The notes under the pieces are model-generated. The model saw only the letters and a list, made by a program, of their open reading frames with translations. It did not search any database and was not told the DNA's origin. Of a DNA stretch of 64,000 nt, positions 1 to 8,084 are shown piece after piece. Each line of letters opens with the position of its first letter. Position 1 is the first letter of the stretch. Source of the stretch: an uncultured Ignavibacteriales bacterium (GTDB taxonomy: Bacteria > Zixibacteria > MSB-5A5 > GN15 > FEB-12). The position numbers were made by a program, and so were the translations under genes. The stretch lies in assembly GCA_964630485.1 (NCBI GenBank), contig CAZVUZ010000002.1, positions 689-64,688 of the forward strand. The letters are read 5' to 3'.

Positions 1-1026
1 ATCGTGGTACTCACCATCGAGTATCTCCCACGAGAACTCTTCGTCATCGTCCCAGCGAACCTTGCCCTCGTAGCTCTCGCCGTCCTCGGTGTACACCGTG
101 CCATGCAGGGCCCGGCCGCCGTCGAAGCGGTCATACCTGAGCGTCCCGGGATCCTCTTTGAACTCCAGGCGATCGAACTCGTCCCAGTCGACAATAACCT
201 GGCCAAAAGCGAGGTCGGATATGACGATGCCGCGGTTGCTGTCGTCGACATCGTTCGACTCGCGCAGAACCACTTCGTCACCGTTCGTAAGCGTCAGCGT
301 CGCACCGTTCGAGCTGTAACGCTCGATAGCCTTGATTTTACCGAACTTGATCTTGCGGTCACGGCGCTTCTGCTCCCCGTCGAGGATATCGGCCGTGAAA
401 ACCTCATCGATATCCCAGCACACCCAACCGGTGAATTCGTCCCCTCGACGGCTGGTCAGGGTTCCGTAGAGGCGATCTCCGAAATTGGATTCCTTACCGG
501 ACGGCGTCGCCATAAAATCGATGCGCTCGAGATCGTCCCATACCAGACCTATCTCGCCCTCTGATTCGTCTTCGATTACTATGTCTCTTATCGACCCTCC
601 GATATCCGTTGAGCCGTTCTCCAACTCGACTTCCTCACCCGATTTCAACACCAGCAACACGGCGTCATCATCGATAACTTCCAACGACTTTATATGGCCA
701 AAACGAATCCCCGACTGGGCCGAACCGGACCAGTTCCATGAAGAGCCGCCCTTGGCAATGGTGATTCCGAATAGTTCGATGGATGATTCACGATCGCGGT
801 ATTTTTTGCGTTTCGACTTTCGGTCCCGATCGGGCAATTCCTTAGTACCGTCAAGGACATCACACCAGCTGGCTTCGTTCTTGTCCCAGCGTATCATCCC
901 CTCAAAAGTGTCCCCATCGACAGTCGTCAACTTTCCATAGATGCGGCCGCCGTTATCCGCCAGGGCTGCTATTGAGAAAACCAACAGCAGGAAAACACAG
1001 ATACCAGAAATCTTAAGAAGCCTCAT
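1..1026 (-). CDS. Secreted repeat protein of unknown function (C-terminal end runs off the window)
   Basis: Absent from the ORF track because it has no stop in the window. My reverse-strand translation from ATG 1026-1024 (AAGGAGGA 6 nt upstream) is open for all 342 codons down to position 1. It has a signal-like N-terminus MRLLKISGICVFLLLVFSIAALA. It carries three copies of xxYGxLTxxxG(D/E)xFxGxxxWDxxExxxxD(I/V)LDG. Confidence 0.6.
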   Translation of the reverse strand, partial: MRLLKISGICVFLLLVFSIAALADNGGRIYGKLTTVDGDTFEGMIRWDKNEASWCDVLDGTKELPDRDRKSKRKKYRDRESSIELFGITIAKGGSSWNWSGSAQSGIRFGHIKSLEVIDDDAVLLVLKSGEEVELENGSTDIGGSIRDIVIEDESEGEIGLVWDDLERIDFMATPSGKESNFGDRLYGTLTSRRGDEFTGWVCWDIDEVFTADILDGEQKRRDRKIKFGKIKAIERYSSNGATLTLTNGDEVVLRESNDVDDSNRGIVISDLAFGQVIVDWDEFDRLEFKEDPGTLRYDRFDGGRALHGTVYTEDGESYEGKVRWDDDEEFSWEILDGEYHD

Positions 1027-1232
1027 AGCAATTCCTCCTTGGGAAAACTCTCTATTGTTTTACGGTATAGTGTACGCAGGAAAAAACGAAAGGTTTCTTT
1101 GCGAGATCGATTAGTTAAAATCAACTCACGGGCAACTTCTTGGTAGACGGGGGATTCGGATCTGAATCTAAAAAAACGGCCGGCCCGGGCGTGTTAAGAC
1201 CACTACTTCGCCTGCGCTAAGAATCTCCGCCC

Positions 1233-1265
1233 AAAAAAATGCCCGTCCACAAATTGAACGGGCAT
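1233..1265 (-). terminator. Rho-independent terminator
   Basis: On the minus strand: ATGCCCGT, an 11-nt loop, ACGGGCAT, then U7. It lies 165 nt downstream of the stop of the small basic ORF at 1430. Confidence 0.7.
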
Positions 1266-1429
1266 CTCAATATACTGACAGATAATGTCTAACTCAACAG
1301 ACCGGCCCGCAATGCTCGGGCATTATCCACCACAACAAAGCACATCGCGATCAATGAAGAACCCGGCGGCATCTCCGTGGGCACTTCGCATAGAGGTCTT
1401 GAAACCAGTCGCCGTAATTTCTTTATCTG

Positions 1430-1525
1430 CTATTTAGTCTTCTTCTTATGACGGTTGGCGCGTCTGCGCTTTTTGCGCTTATGCGTCTTAATCTTCAACC
1501 GTTTTCTCTTCTTACCGCTCGGCAT
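1430..1525 (-). CDS. Small, highly basic 31-aa protein (bS22 / AURKAIP1-COX24-like ribosome-associated peptide)
   Basis: Too short for the ORF track. The minus strand reads ATG at 1525 and gives MPSGKKRKRLKIKTHKRKKRRRANRHKKKTK then stop. GGAGG lies about 6 nt upstream. The MPSGKKRKR..THKRKKR..NRHKKK pattern matches small basic peptides I recall from Bacteroidota-type genomes. Confidence 0.55.
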   Translation of the reverse strand: MPSGKKRKRLKIKTHKRKKRRRANRHKKKTK

Positions 1526-1551
1526 CAATCCTCCATAGCGAAGTTTGGCAC

Positions 1552-1836
1552 TTAGATTTCAAGTTTTGTTATCATGTTTTTGAACTCGTTAGACGGCTTG
1601 AAAACCGGCACCTTGCGGTCCGGAACCGGCACGACTTCACCCGTCCTGGGGTTGCGTGCCTTGCGGGCTTTGCGCAATTTCACCTTAAATGTCCCAAACC
1701 CTCTAATCTCAATATTGTGACCGCTTTCCAGCGACTTCTTCACAACATCAAGAAACGAGTCCACGACAACGGCAACATCCGTTCTGGTCAGCCCGGTCTT
1801 CTCGGCCACTCTTTCAACAAGATCAGCTTTTGTCAC
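1552..1836 (-). CDS. hup: HU/IHF-family nucleoid DNA-binding protein
   Basis: The 94-aa product has typical HU motifs: MTKADLVERVAEKTGLT, IEIRGFGTF, and RNPRTGE..VPV in the beta-arm. Confidence 0.9.
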   Translation of the reverse strand: MTKADLVERVAEKTGLTRTDVAVVVDSFLDVVKKSLESGHNIEIRGFGTFKVKLRKARKARNPRTGEVVPVPDRKVPVFKPSNEFKNMITKLEI

Positions 1837-2028
1837 AGCATCCTCCCTCTGGAATACTGTCTATGTCTACGTTTTGTTTTTTCGTATTCTACTCACCGGT
1901 TAAATTGGGGGCCAAATGCCCCAGATAACTTCATGGCGCACGTCAAGATACAGGCCGCAACCAAAAAAGAAAAGGAAAAAAAGCAATAATCCTGTAAATT
2001 TTCGGTTTTTGTGGCCAAAAACAGGCCC

Positions 2029-2931
2029 TCAACGGTACAAGTACATCAATTGCGGCCCGATAACCTGATAATTCACAGCCTCTTCGACCTCACCAAGCAA
2101 ACCTCCCAGGAGATCAAACAGACCCGCCTGCCGCCGCTCGTAAGGCCTCACCACCCGGGGATCATCCCCAAGATCGGCCAGGTCGGCCGCAAGGTCGATA
2201 GCTTCCTTAAGTCCCCCCAGGGTATCGGCCAGACCAAGATTGTATGCCTGCAGACCCGTGAACACCGAGCCATCGGCCAGAGGATAGACCTCTTCTTTGC
2301 CCCTTCCCCGCCCCCCGGCAACGACTTCCACGAATTGCTCGTAGGAATCCATCACGACCGAGCGGAGCATGGATTCTTCCTTGTCCGTCATGGGGCGCGA
2401 GTAATCACCGAAATTTTTCATTTCGCCGGATTTAACGGTTTCGGTTTCCACCCCGACCTTGCCCATAAGTCCCTGAAATGTATGGAACTTGACAATAACA
2501 CCGATTGATCCGGTCAGTGTGCCGGGATTGGCGATGATTCGATCGGCGCCGCAGGCGATGTAGTACCCCCCCGAGGCGGCTACCGACGCAAGGGCGGCCA
2601 CCACCGGTTTCTCCTGCCGGGCTCGCAAAATGGCATCGTATACTTCCTGGGAAATAGCCACCCCGCCACCTGGCGAGTTAATATGCACCACCAGGGCCTT
2701 AATCGAACTGCGCTCGGCCCATTTGTCAATCTGGTCGATCCACTTGCGACCCGAGGGTTCGTCGATAATGCCGAACACTTCGACGATGCCGATATTCCCC
2801 CCCAGCCCGGCCACATCCAGCTCGCCGCCCTCGGACATCAGACCTATGAAGACCAGCCCGAAGAAGCCGACCACCATCAGGAAGCTGAAGCCGATGACGA
2901 CGGCGATCACCACGTCTCTGGTGCGTGCCAT
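2029..2931 (-). CDS. sppA: Signal peptide peptidase SppA (36K type)
   Basis: 300 aa with an N-terminal TM segment, then a ClpP/crotonase-like peptidase core (VHINSPGGGV, AASGGYYIA, GSIGV). Confidence 0.85.
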   Translation of the reverse strand: MARTRDVVIAVVIGFSFLMVVGFFGLVFIGLMSEGGELDVAGLGGNIGIVEVFGIIDEPSGRKWIDQIDKWAERSSIKALVVHINSPGGGVAISQEVYDAILRARQEKPVVAALASVAASGGYYIACGADRIIANPGTLTGSIGVIVKFHTFQGLMGKVGVETETVKSGEMKNFGDYSRPMTDKEESMLRSVVMDSYEQFVEVVAGGRGRGKEEVYPLADGSVFTGLQAYNLGLADTLGGLKEAIDLAADLADLGDDPRVVRPYERRQAGLFDLLGGLLGEVEEAVNYQVIGPQLMYLYR

Positions 2932-2941
2932 ATTACCCCTG

Positions 2942-5194
2942 TTACTTCGTGTAAATCCTCAGATTGTCCCCCACTCTCAATTCGTCGGGGTCACTCAAAT
3001 CATTCGCGCTGATAATACGCTTTATCGTTGTTCGGTACTTCTGAGCGATGCGGCTGAGATTGTCGCCGCGCCGGACCTTGTGAATCACATAGTCGCGGCC
3101 GCCGTCGCCCACCGCCAGAACCTGACCGGGATAGATTCGGCTCGACCGACCCAGACCGTTCAACGAGCGGATCTTCGCCGAGGTAGTGCCATACTTGCGA
3201 GCGATATCCCAAACGGTGTCCCCCTTACGAACCTTGTGGCTGACCTTGCCGCTACCGGTGCTCTTGCTGTTACTACCGGAGGAAGCGTAGGTTTGCGGCT
3301 GGCTGGAGCCCTGGCTCTTGTTCTTGAGATTCCTGGCTGTTGAGGGAATCTTCAACTTCTGGCCGACGTAGATACGCGATCCGCGGCCGATATAGTTGGA
3401 ATTCCGCAAATCATCGACACTCGTTCCGAAAGCCCGGGCGATGTCCCACATGGTGTCGCCGGAGCGGACAACGTAAATGGAGTTCTTGGCGCTGTAGTCG
3501 TCGGCGCTACGAGAGCGTGAAGCTCCGCTGGAGCTACGATCCAGAGGCACCGGGACGATCAACTGCTTGCCGGCATATATCGTCGAGCGCCGGGAAAGGT
3601 TGTTGGCGTCGAGAATGGCATACTGCGAGACACCGTACCGGGAGGCGATGGTGCTTACGGATTCACCTCGACGAATCGTGTGGCGCACCCAGCTGGTCTC
3701 TTTCGGCGAGGGCATTTTTTCATATGCGGCCCAGAACTTATTCTTGGTGCCCACCGGGACCTTGAGCGTGTAGCCCTTAAAATCCGGCGGCGTATATTTG
3801 CGCAGAAGTTCCGGGTTCAGATCCTTCAGGTCGGCGACGCTGCAACCGAGTTCTTTGGCCACGGTGGATAGTTCCAGGCAACGGTCGATCTTGACCTCTT
3901 CCCAGACCACTTCCGATTCGTGCGTAATATCGGTAAAGCCGTATTTCTCGGGGTCCTTGGCAATTATGGCGGCAGCGTAGATGAGTGGGACATAGTCCAT
4001 CGTCTGCCTCTTGAGACGCATCTTCCAGAAGTCGTTGGTCTTCTGGCTCTTGATCGTGCGCCTCACCCGCCCCGGCCCGCCGTTGTACGCGGCCATGGCC
4101 AGTTCCCAGTCGCCGAATTCCTCGTACAGGTCCTTAAGGAAACGGCAGGCGGCGTGGGTGGCCTTGATGGGATCTTTGCGCTCATCAAGCCACCAGTTGC
4201 GATTGAGACCGTACATCTTCCCCGTGGACGAGATAAACTGCCACAGCCCCATCGCCCGGGCCCAGGAATAGGCGTGCGGATTGTAGCCGGACTCCACCAG
4301 CGACAGGTAGACCAGGTCCGAAGGCATCCCGTGCTCGGCCAGTATTCGCAACATCATGGGCCGGTATTTTCTCGAACGGGTCAGGTATTTCGTGAAGGCG
4401 TTCTTGGCCACGGTCTGAAAATAGACTATAGATTTTTTCACACGATCATTCATTACGACCGGCAAATCGTAGGTGATTTTCTCGGGGTGCTCGCCGCCGA
4501 AGACACGGATGGTGTCGGATTCGAGATTCTTCGCCAGATCGCCGAAGCGCTCCACGATGACACTCGAAGAAACATCGGACTCGAGGGTTCCCAGCGAACG
4601 AAGTGTCACCCGGTAATCGGCCACAAAATTATCAAGGAGGGCGTTGTACTTGCCGGCCTCCGGCGTTATCAGCGAGTCATCGTCGATATCGAGCTTGGCC
4701 AGGATTTTCAGGCCCTTCTCGAAATAATACTGGGCCTCCTCCCAGCTACCCTCGCGATTGGCCATCACGCCCATGGTATGGTACTCTTCGGCAAGTTCGA
4801 ACTTGCGCCAGATATCGTCATCGACGGCGGCCGCCGAGTCATCGATGTCGGTCAGGCCATAGGACAACATGCGGTTTTCCGGTGAAGCTTCATTGAGGGC
4901 GGCAGCTCGCTCGGGATCATCGATGTCCGGAATCTCGTTGGGATCGCTGGCGTCGGAACGCCGATCGTCCTGCCTGCCGGCGTTGCCATAAAGCCGAGGG
5001 GAATCATCGGGCAGAACCGGTTTTTCCCGGGTGGTCGTGTCGGCTTCGGCCTCAGAATCGGACCGATCACCATAAACCTGGGGTGAGGAAAGACCGGCTT
5101 TGCCGCCGCAACCGGCCATCAACAACAAGAGAACCATCCCCACACAAAACAGCAACGATGTAATAGACTTCGATGTCTCTAACACTTTGACCAC
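2942..5194 (-). CDS. Membrane-bound lytic murein transglycosylase (MltD-like) with four C-terminal LysM domains
   Basis: SLT catalytic region (LSLVESGYNPHAYSWARAMGLWQF, AAYNGGPGRV) followed by four LysM repeats. A lipobox-like LLMAGC is present. The track ORF extends to a TTG at 5305 with no SD. I prefer GTG 5194 (GAGGAA upstream) or ATG 5137, so the start is uncertain. Confidence 0.85.
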   Translation of the reverse strand: MVKVLETSKSITSLLFCVGMVLLLLMAGCGGKAGLSSPQVYGDRSDSEAEADTTTREKPVLPDDSPRLYGNAGRQDDRRSDASDPNEIPDIDDPERAAALNEASPENRMLSYGLTDIDDSAAAVDDDIWRKFELAEEYHTMGVMANREGSWEEAQYYFEKGLKILAKLDIDDDSLITPEAGKYNALLDNFVADYRVTLRSLGTLESDVSSSVIVERFGDLAKNLESDTIRVFGGEHPEKITYDLPVVMNDRVKKSIVYFQTVAKNAFTKYLTRSRKYRPMMLRILAEHGMPSDLVYLSLVESGYNPHAYSWARAMGLWQFISSTGKMYGLNRNWWLDERKDPIKATHAACRFLKDLYEEFGDWELAMAAYNGGPGRVRRTIKSQKTNDFWKMRLKRQTMDYVPLIYAAAIIAKDPEKYGFTDITHESEVVWEEVKIDRCLELSTVAKELGCSVADLKDLNPELLRKYTPPDFKGYTLKVPVGTKNKFWAAYEKMPSPKETSWVRHTIRRGESVSTIASRYGVSQYAILDANNLSRRSTIYAGKQLIVPVPLDRSSSGASRSRSADDYSAKNSIYVVRSGDTMWDIARAFGTSVDDLRNSNYIGRGSRIYVGQKLKIPSTARNLKNKSQGSSQPQTYASSGSNSKSTGSGKVSHKVRKGDTVWDIARKYGTTSAKIRSLNGLGRSSRIYPGQVLAVGDGGRDYVIHKVRRGDNLSRIAQKYRTTIKRIISANDLSDPDELRVGDNLRIYTK

Positions 5195-5314
5195 CTTATA
5201 CTTTTCCTCTTCATCTAAAGAGATTATCGGAACACAGCAATCCCCTCTTAAGCTCCCGAAACTCCCTGTTGGCTGACATATATCATATAGCCATTCATTT
5301 ATCAACTACAAATT

Positions 5315-6241
5315 CTACGCCGGCGGTCCGTCAAGAAATTCGCCCAGTTCGGCCCGCAGAGAATCCCTGTCCGGATATTGCCGGCAGGTCACCTGATTCC
5401 GGAACCAGGTCAACTGACGCTTGGCGTAACGCCGGGTGTTCTGCTTTATGAGATTAACCGCCTCAGGCAGGGTCTTGTTTCCATCTAAATGATCCAATAA
5501 CTCGGCGTAGCCGATAACCCGGGCCCGGCGTATGCCCGGTCCCAGGCCGCGCTGTATGAGCCCCCGCAATTCCTCGAGAAGGCCCATTTCCATCATACGC
5601 TCAACGCGGTCGTCAATAACCCGGTAAAGCTCTTCACGGTCGGGCATCAGGCAAAACGCCTCGAACTCAAAGGCCGGTTTTCGATAGGCTCCGGTGACGA
5701 CCAGTTCGGATTTGCATTTGCCGGTAACATGGAAAATCTCCAGGGCTCGAATAACCCGAACCTTGTTATTGGGATGCAATTTCGAAGCCTCAAGGGGATC
5801 GATTGCCTCCAGCCGCTCATACATCGCCCCGGGGCCCTGTTCTTCCATCTCGTTTTCCAAACGCCGGCGGATTTCCATGTCGTCGTCATCCATCTCAACG
5901 ACCCCTTCCATCAGGGCCCGTATGTAAAGGCCGGTACCGCCAACGATCACCGGCAAGCGCTTGCGGGCCGTTATTTCTGATACCGCCGAAACGGCGTCAT
6001 CGATGAAGCGAAAGGCGCTGTAGCGTTCACCGGGTTCAACAATATTGACGAGATGAGTGGGGGCAATGTTGCATTCCTGGGCGGTGGGTTTGGCGGTGCC
6101 GATATCGAGGTGGCGAATTATCTGGCGAGAGTCGGCCGAAATCACCTCCAGCGGATACTTTTCGGCCAGCGAGACGGCGATGCCGGTTTTCCCGGATCCG
6201 GTCGGCCCGCAGATAACGGGTATGCGCCGCAGATCAGCCAC
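5315..6241 (-). CDS. miaA: tRNA dimethylallyltransferase
   Basis: P-loop GPTGSGKT, then DSRQIYR-like DSRQIIRHLDIGTAKP and a conserved C-terminal YAKRQLTWFR. Confidence 0.92.
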   Translation of the reverse strand: MADLRRIPVICGPTGSGKTGIAVSLAEKYPLEVISADSRQIIRHLDIGTAKPTAQECNIAPTHLVNIVEPGERYSAFRFIDDAVSAVSEITARKRLPVIVGGTGLYIRALMEGVVEMDDDDMEIRRRLENEMEEQGPGAMYERLEAIDPLEASKLHPNNKVRVIRALEIFHVTGKCKSELVVTGAYRKPAFEFEAFCLMPDREELYRVIDDRVERMMEMGLLEELRGLIQRGLGPGIRRARVIGYAELLDHLDGNKTLPEAVNLIKQNTRRYAKRQLTWFRNQVTCRQYPDRDSLRAELGEFLDGPPA

Positions 6242-8084
6242 GGCCGAACTGCTTATCCAGATCCGACCGGCTTATTTTGATAAAAGTCGGCCGGCCATGC
6301 GGGCATGAGTATTTGTCGCGACATTCGAGAAGCATACGGAGTAAATGCACCGCCTCGTCATCGTTCAGACGGTCCCCAGCCATAACCGCCGAGCGGCAGG
6401 CAATCGACTGCGCCATCGCCTTTTTGAGATCGTAGCCTCCCTTGCGCAACGAGCCAATGTCGTCGAGGACTTTGACAAGAAGCTTCTCGGGTGCTCTTTT
6501 CGCCATGACGGCCGGCACGGCTTCAATATTCACCGTGCGTCCGCCGAAATGCGACACTGTGAAACCCGAGTGATTCAGAATCTCAAGGGATTCATCAAAT
6601 ACCGCCAGCTGGATCGGGGACAACTCCACCTGGGCCGGGAACAGCAAATTCTGGCCGTTGATGGACTGTTCATCGACGCGGCGCAGCATTTCCTCATAAA
6701 GCACTCGCTCGTGAGCTGTATGTTGATCGACGATGTAGAGATCCTCGCCGGCCTGCAACAGCAAATACAGATCGCTGAATCGGCCCACCAGTCGAAATCC
6801 GACGGATGGCCCCGGGGCCGCATCCTGCCCACCGGCGGCGTCAGATCGGTGTTCATGGTCCTCAAGTATCTCCCCCGTTTCCCGGTCCACGCGCGGGGGC
6901 GCGGTGTCGGGCCGAAGCGGCGCCGGGTCCGACTGCCGGTACAATTCCCGGACAAAGTCAACATTGGCCGTATCGCCGCCGCCTATTCCGGGGATGCGAT
7001 TGTCCGGGCCCGCACCTCGTGAAGGTCCGCCAGACGCGCCGCCGGAGTCCTCGGGGCGGTGGAAGGCCGGGATGATACCGTCCTGCCTCAGGGCCTCCTT
7101 GATCAACTTCCGGATAGCCTCATGGACATCGCGTTCGTGGGAGAGCCGGACCTCGGTCTTAGACGGGTGGACGTTGACATCGACCTCCGACGGATCCACG
7201 GTTACGAGAAGGGCCCCGATGGGGAACCGTCCCGCCGGGAGGAGTTCACCAAAACCGGCGGCGATGGCATGCGAGAGAACCGGCGAATAAATAAACCGGC
7301 TGTTGACGAAGATATACTGCCCGTTGCGATTGTTCTGGGTCATGTCGGGAGCGCCCACGAAGCCCGTCATGCTGACGGGACCGTACTCCCCGGAGACATC
7401 GACGAACTTCTTGCCGCCGAGGATACCGGCGACGCGCTCGCCGAGCGACTGGCCGGGCGGAAGCGCGAAGATATTGCGACCGTTCAGCGTGTACGAGAAA
7501 CCGACGTCGGCGCGGCCGATAGCCAGGGCGGTGGCAATGCGCGATATATGGCGGGCTTCAGTGGCCTCCGATTTCAGGAATTTGCGCCGGGCCGGAGTAT
7601 TGTAAAAGAGGTTCTCCACTTCGACACAGGTCCCCGGCGGCGCCGCAATCGGCTGCCGCGACTGAAGCACGCCGCCTTCATAGATCACTTCCGTGCCGAC
7701 GTCCTGACCGGACGGTCGGGAGACCATGCGCAGGCGGGCCACCGACGCTATCGACGGCAGAGCCTCGCCCCGGAATCCGAAGGTGTAAAGGTTTTCGAGG
7801 TCATCGAAGGCGGATATTTTTGATGTCGCATGGCGCCCGAAGGCTACCTCGACCTGCTCTTCGGGAATACCGCAACCGTTATCGACAATCTTGATTAGCT
7901 TAACGCCGGACCCCTCGATTATAATCTCGATCCGCTCGGCACCGGCGTCCATGGCGTTCTCGACCAGTTCCTTGACGGCCGCCGCGGGACGTTCCACGAC
8001 TTCACCGGCGGCGATTTTATTGACCACCCGTTCCGGGAGCGGACGGATCCATGGCGTGCGGGACTTCTCAGGATGCGGTTTCAA
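6234..8084 (-). CDS. mutL: DNA mismatch repair protein MutL (endonuclease-type)
   Basis: GHKL ATPase N-terminus (VVERPAAAVKELVENAMDAGA). The C-terminus carries DQHTAHERVLYE and CPHGRP endonuclease motifs. Its start overlaps the mutS stop by 4 nt. Confidence 0.95.
   Translation of the reverse strand: MKPHPEKSRTPWIRPLPERVVNKIAAGEVVERPAAAVKELVENAMDAGAERIEIIIEGSGVKLIKIVDNGCGIPEEQVEVAFGRHATSKISAFDDLENLYTFGFRGEALPSIASVARLRMVSRPSGQDVGTEVIYEGGVLQSRQPIAAPPGTCVEVENLFYNTPARRKFLKSEATEARHISRIATALAIGRADVGFSYTLNGRNIFALPPGQSLGERVAGILGGKKFVDVSGEYGPVSMTGFVGAPDMTQNNRNGQYIFVNSRFIYSPVLSHAIAAGFGELLPAGRFPIGALLVTVDPSEVDVNVHPSKTEVRLSHERDVHEAIRKLIKEALRQDGIIPAFHRPEDSGGASGGPSRGAGPDNRIPGIGGGDTANVDFVRELYRQSDPAPLRPDTAPPRVDRETGEILEDHEHRSDAAGGQDAAPGPSVGFRLVGRFSDLYLLLQAGEDLYIVDQHTAHERVLYEEMLRRVDEQSINGQNLLFPAQVELSPIQLAVFDESLEILNHSGFTVSHFGGRTVNIEAVPAVMAKRAPEKLLVKVLDDIGSLRKGGYDLKKAMAQSIACRSAVMAGDRLNDDEAVHLLRMLLECRDKYSCPHGRPTFIKISRSDLDKQFGRG

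Noticed and set aside
4-940. Plus-strand ORFs 4..564 (186 aa), 89..319 and 485..940 from the supplied track
   Set aside because: They lie antisense to a 342-codon minus-strand frame that has an SD, an ATG, a signal peptide and an internal repeat structure. Their translations are low-complexity with no recognisable motifs.
3920-4885. 321-aa plus-strand ORF, and similar ones at 43778..44653, 28856..29695 and 46475..47278
   Set aside because: All lie antisense to well-supported genes (the MltD-like gene, fliC, rny and TPR-GT2) and lack recognisable domains.
5195-5305. N-terminal extension of the MltD-like ORF to a TTG at 5305
   Set aside because: It has a TTG start without an SD, and the extra 37-56 residues precede the lipoprotein signal peptide. 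A GTG at 5194 with an upstream GAGGAA, or the ATG at 5137, fits better. This remains uncertain.
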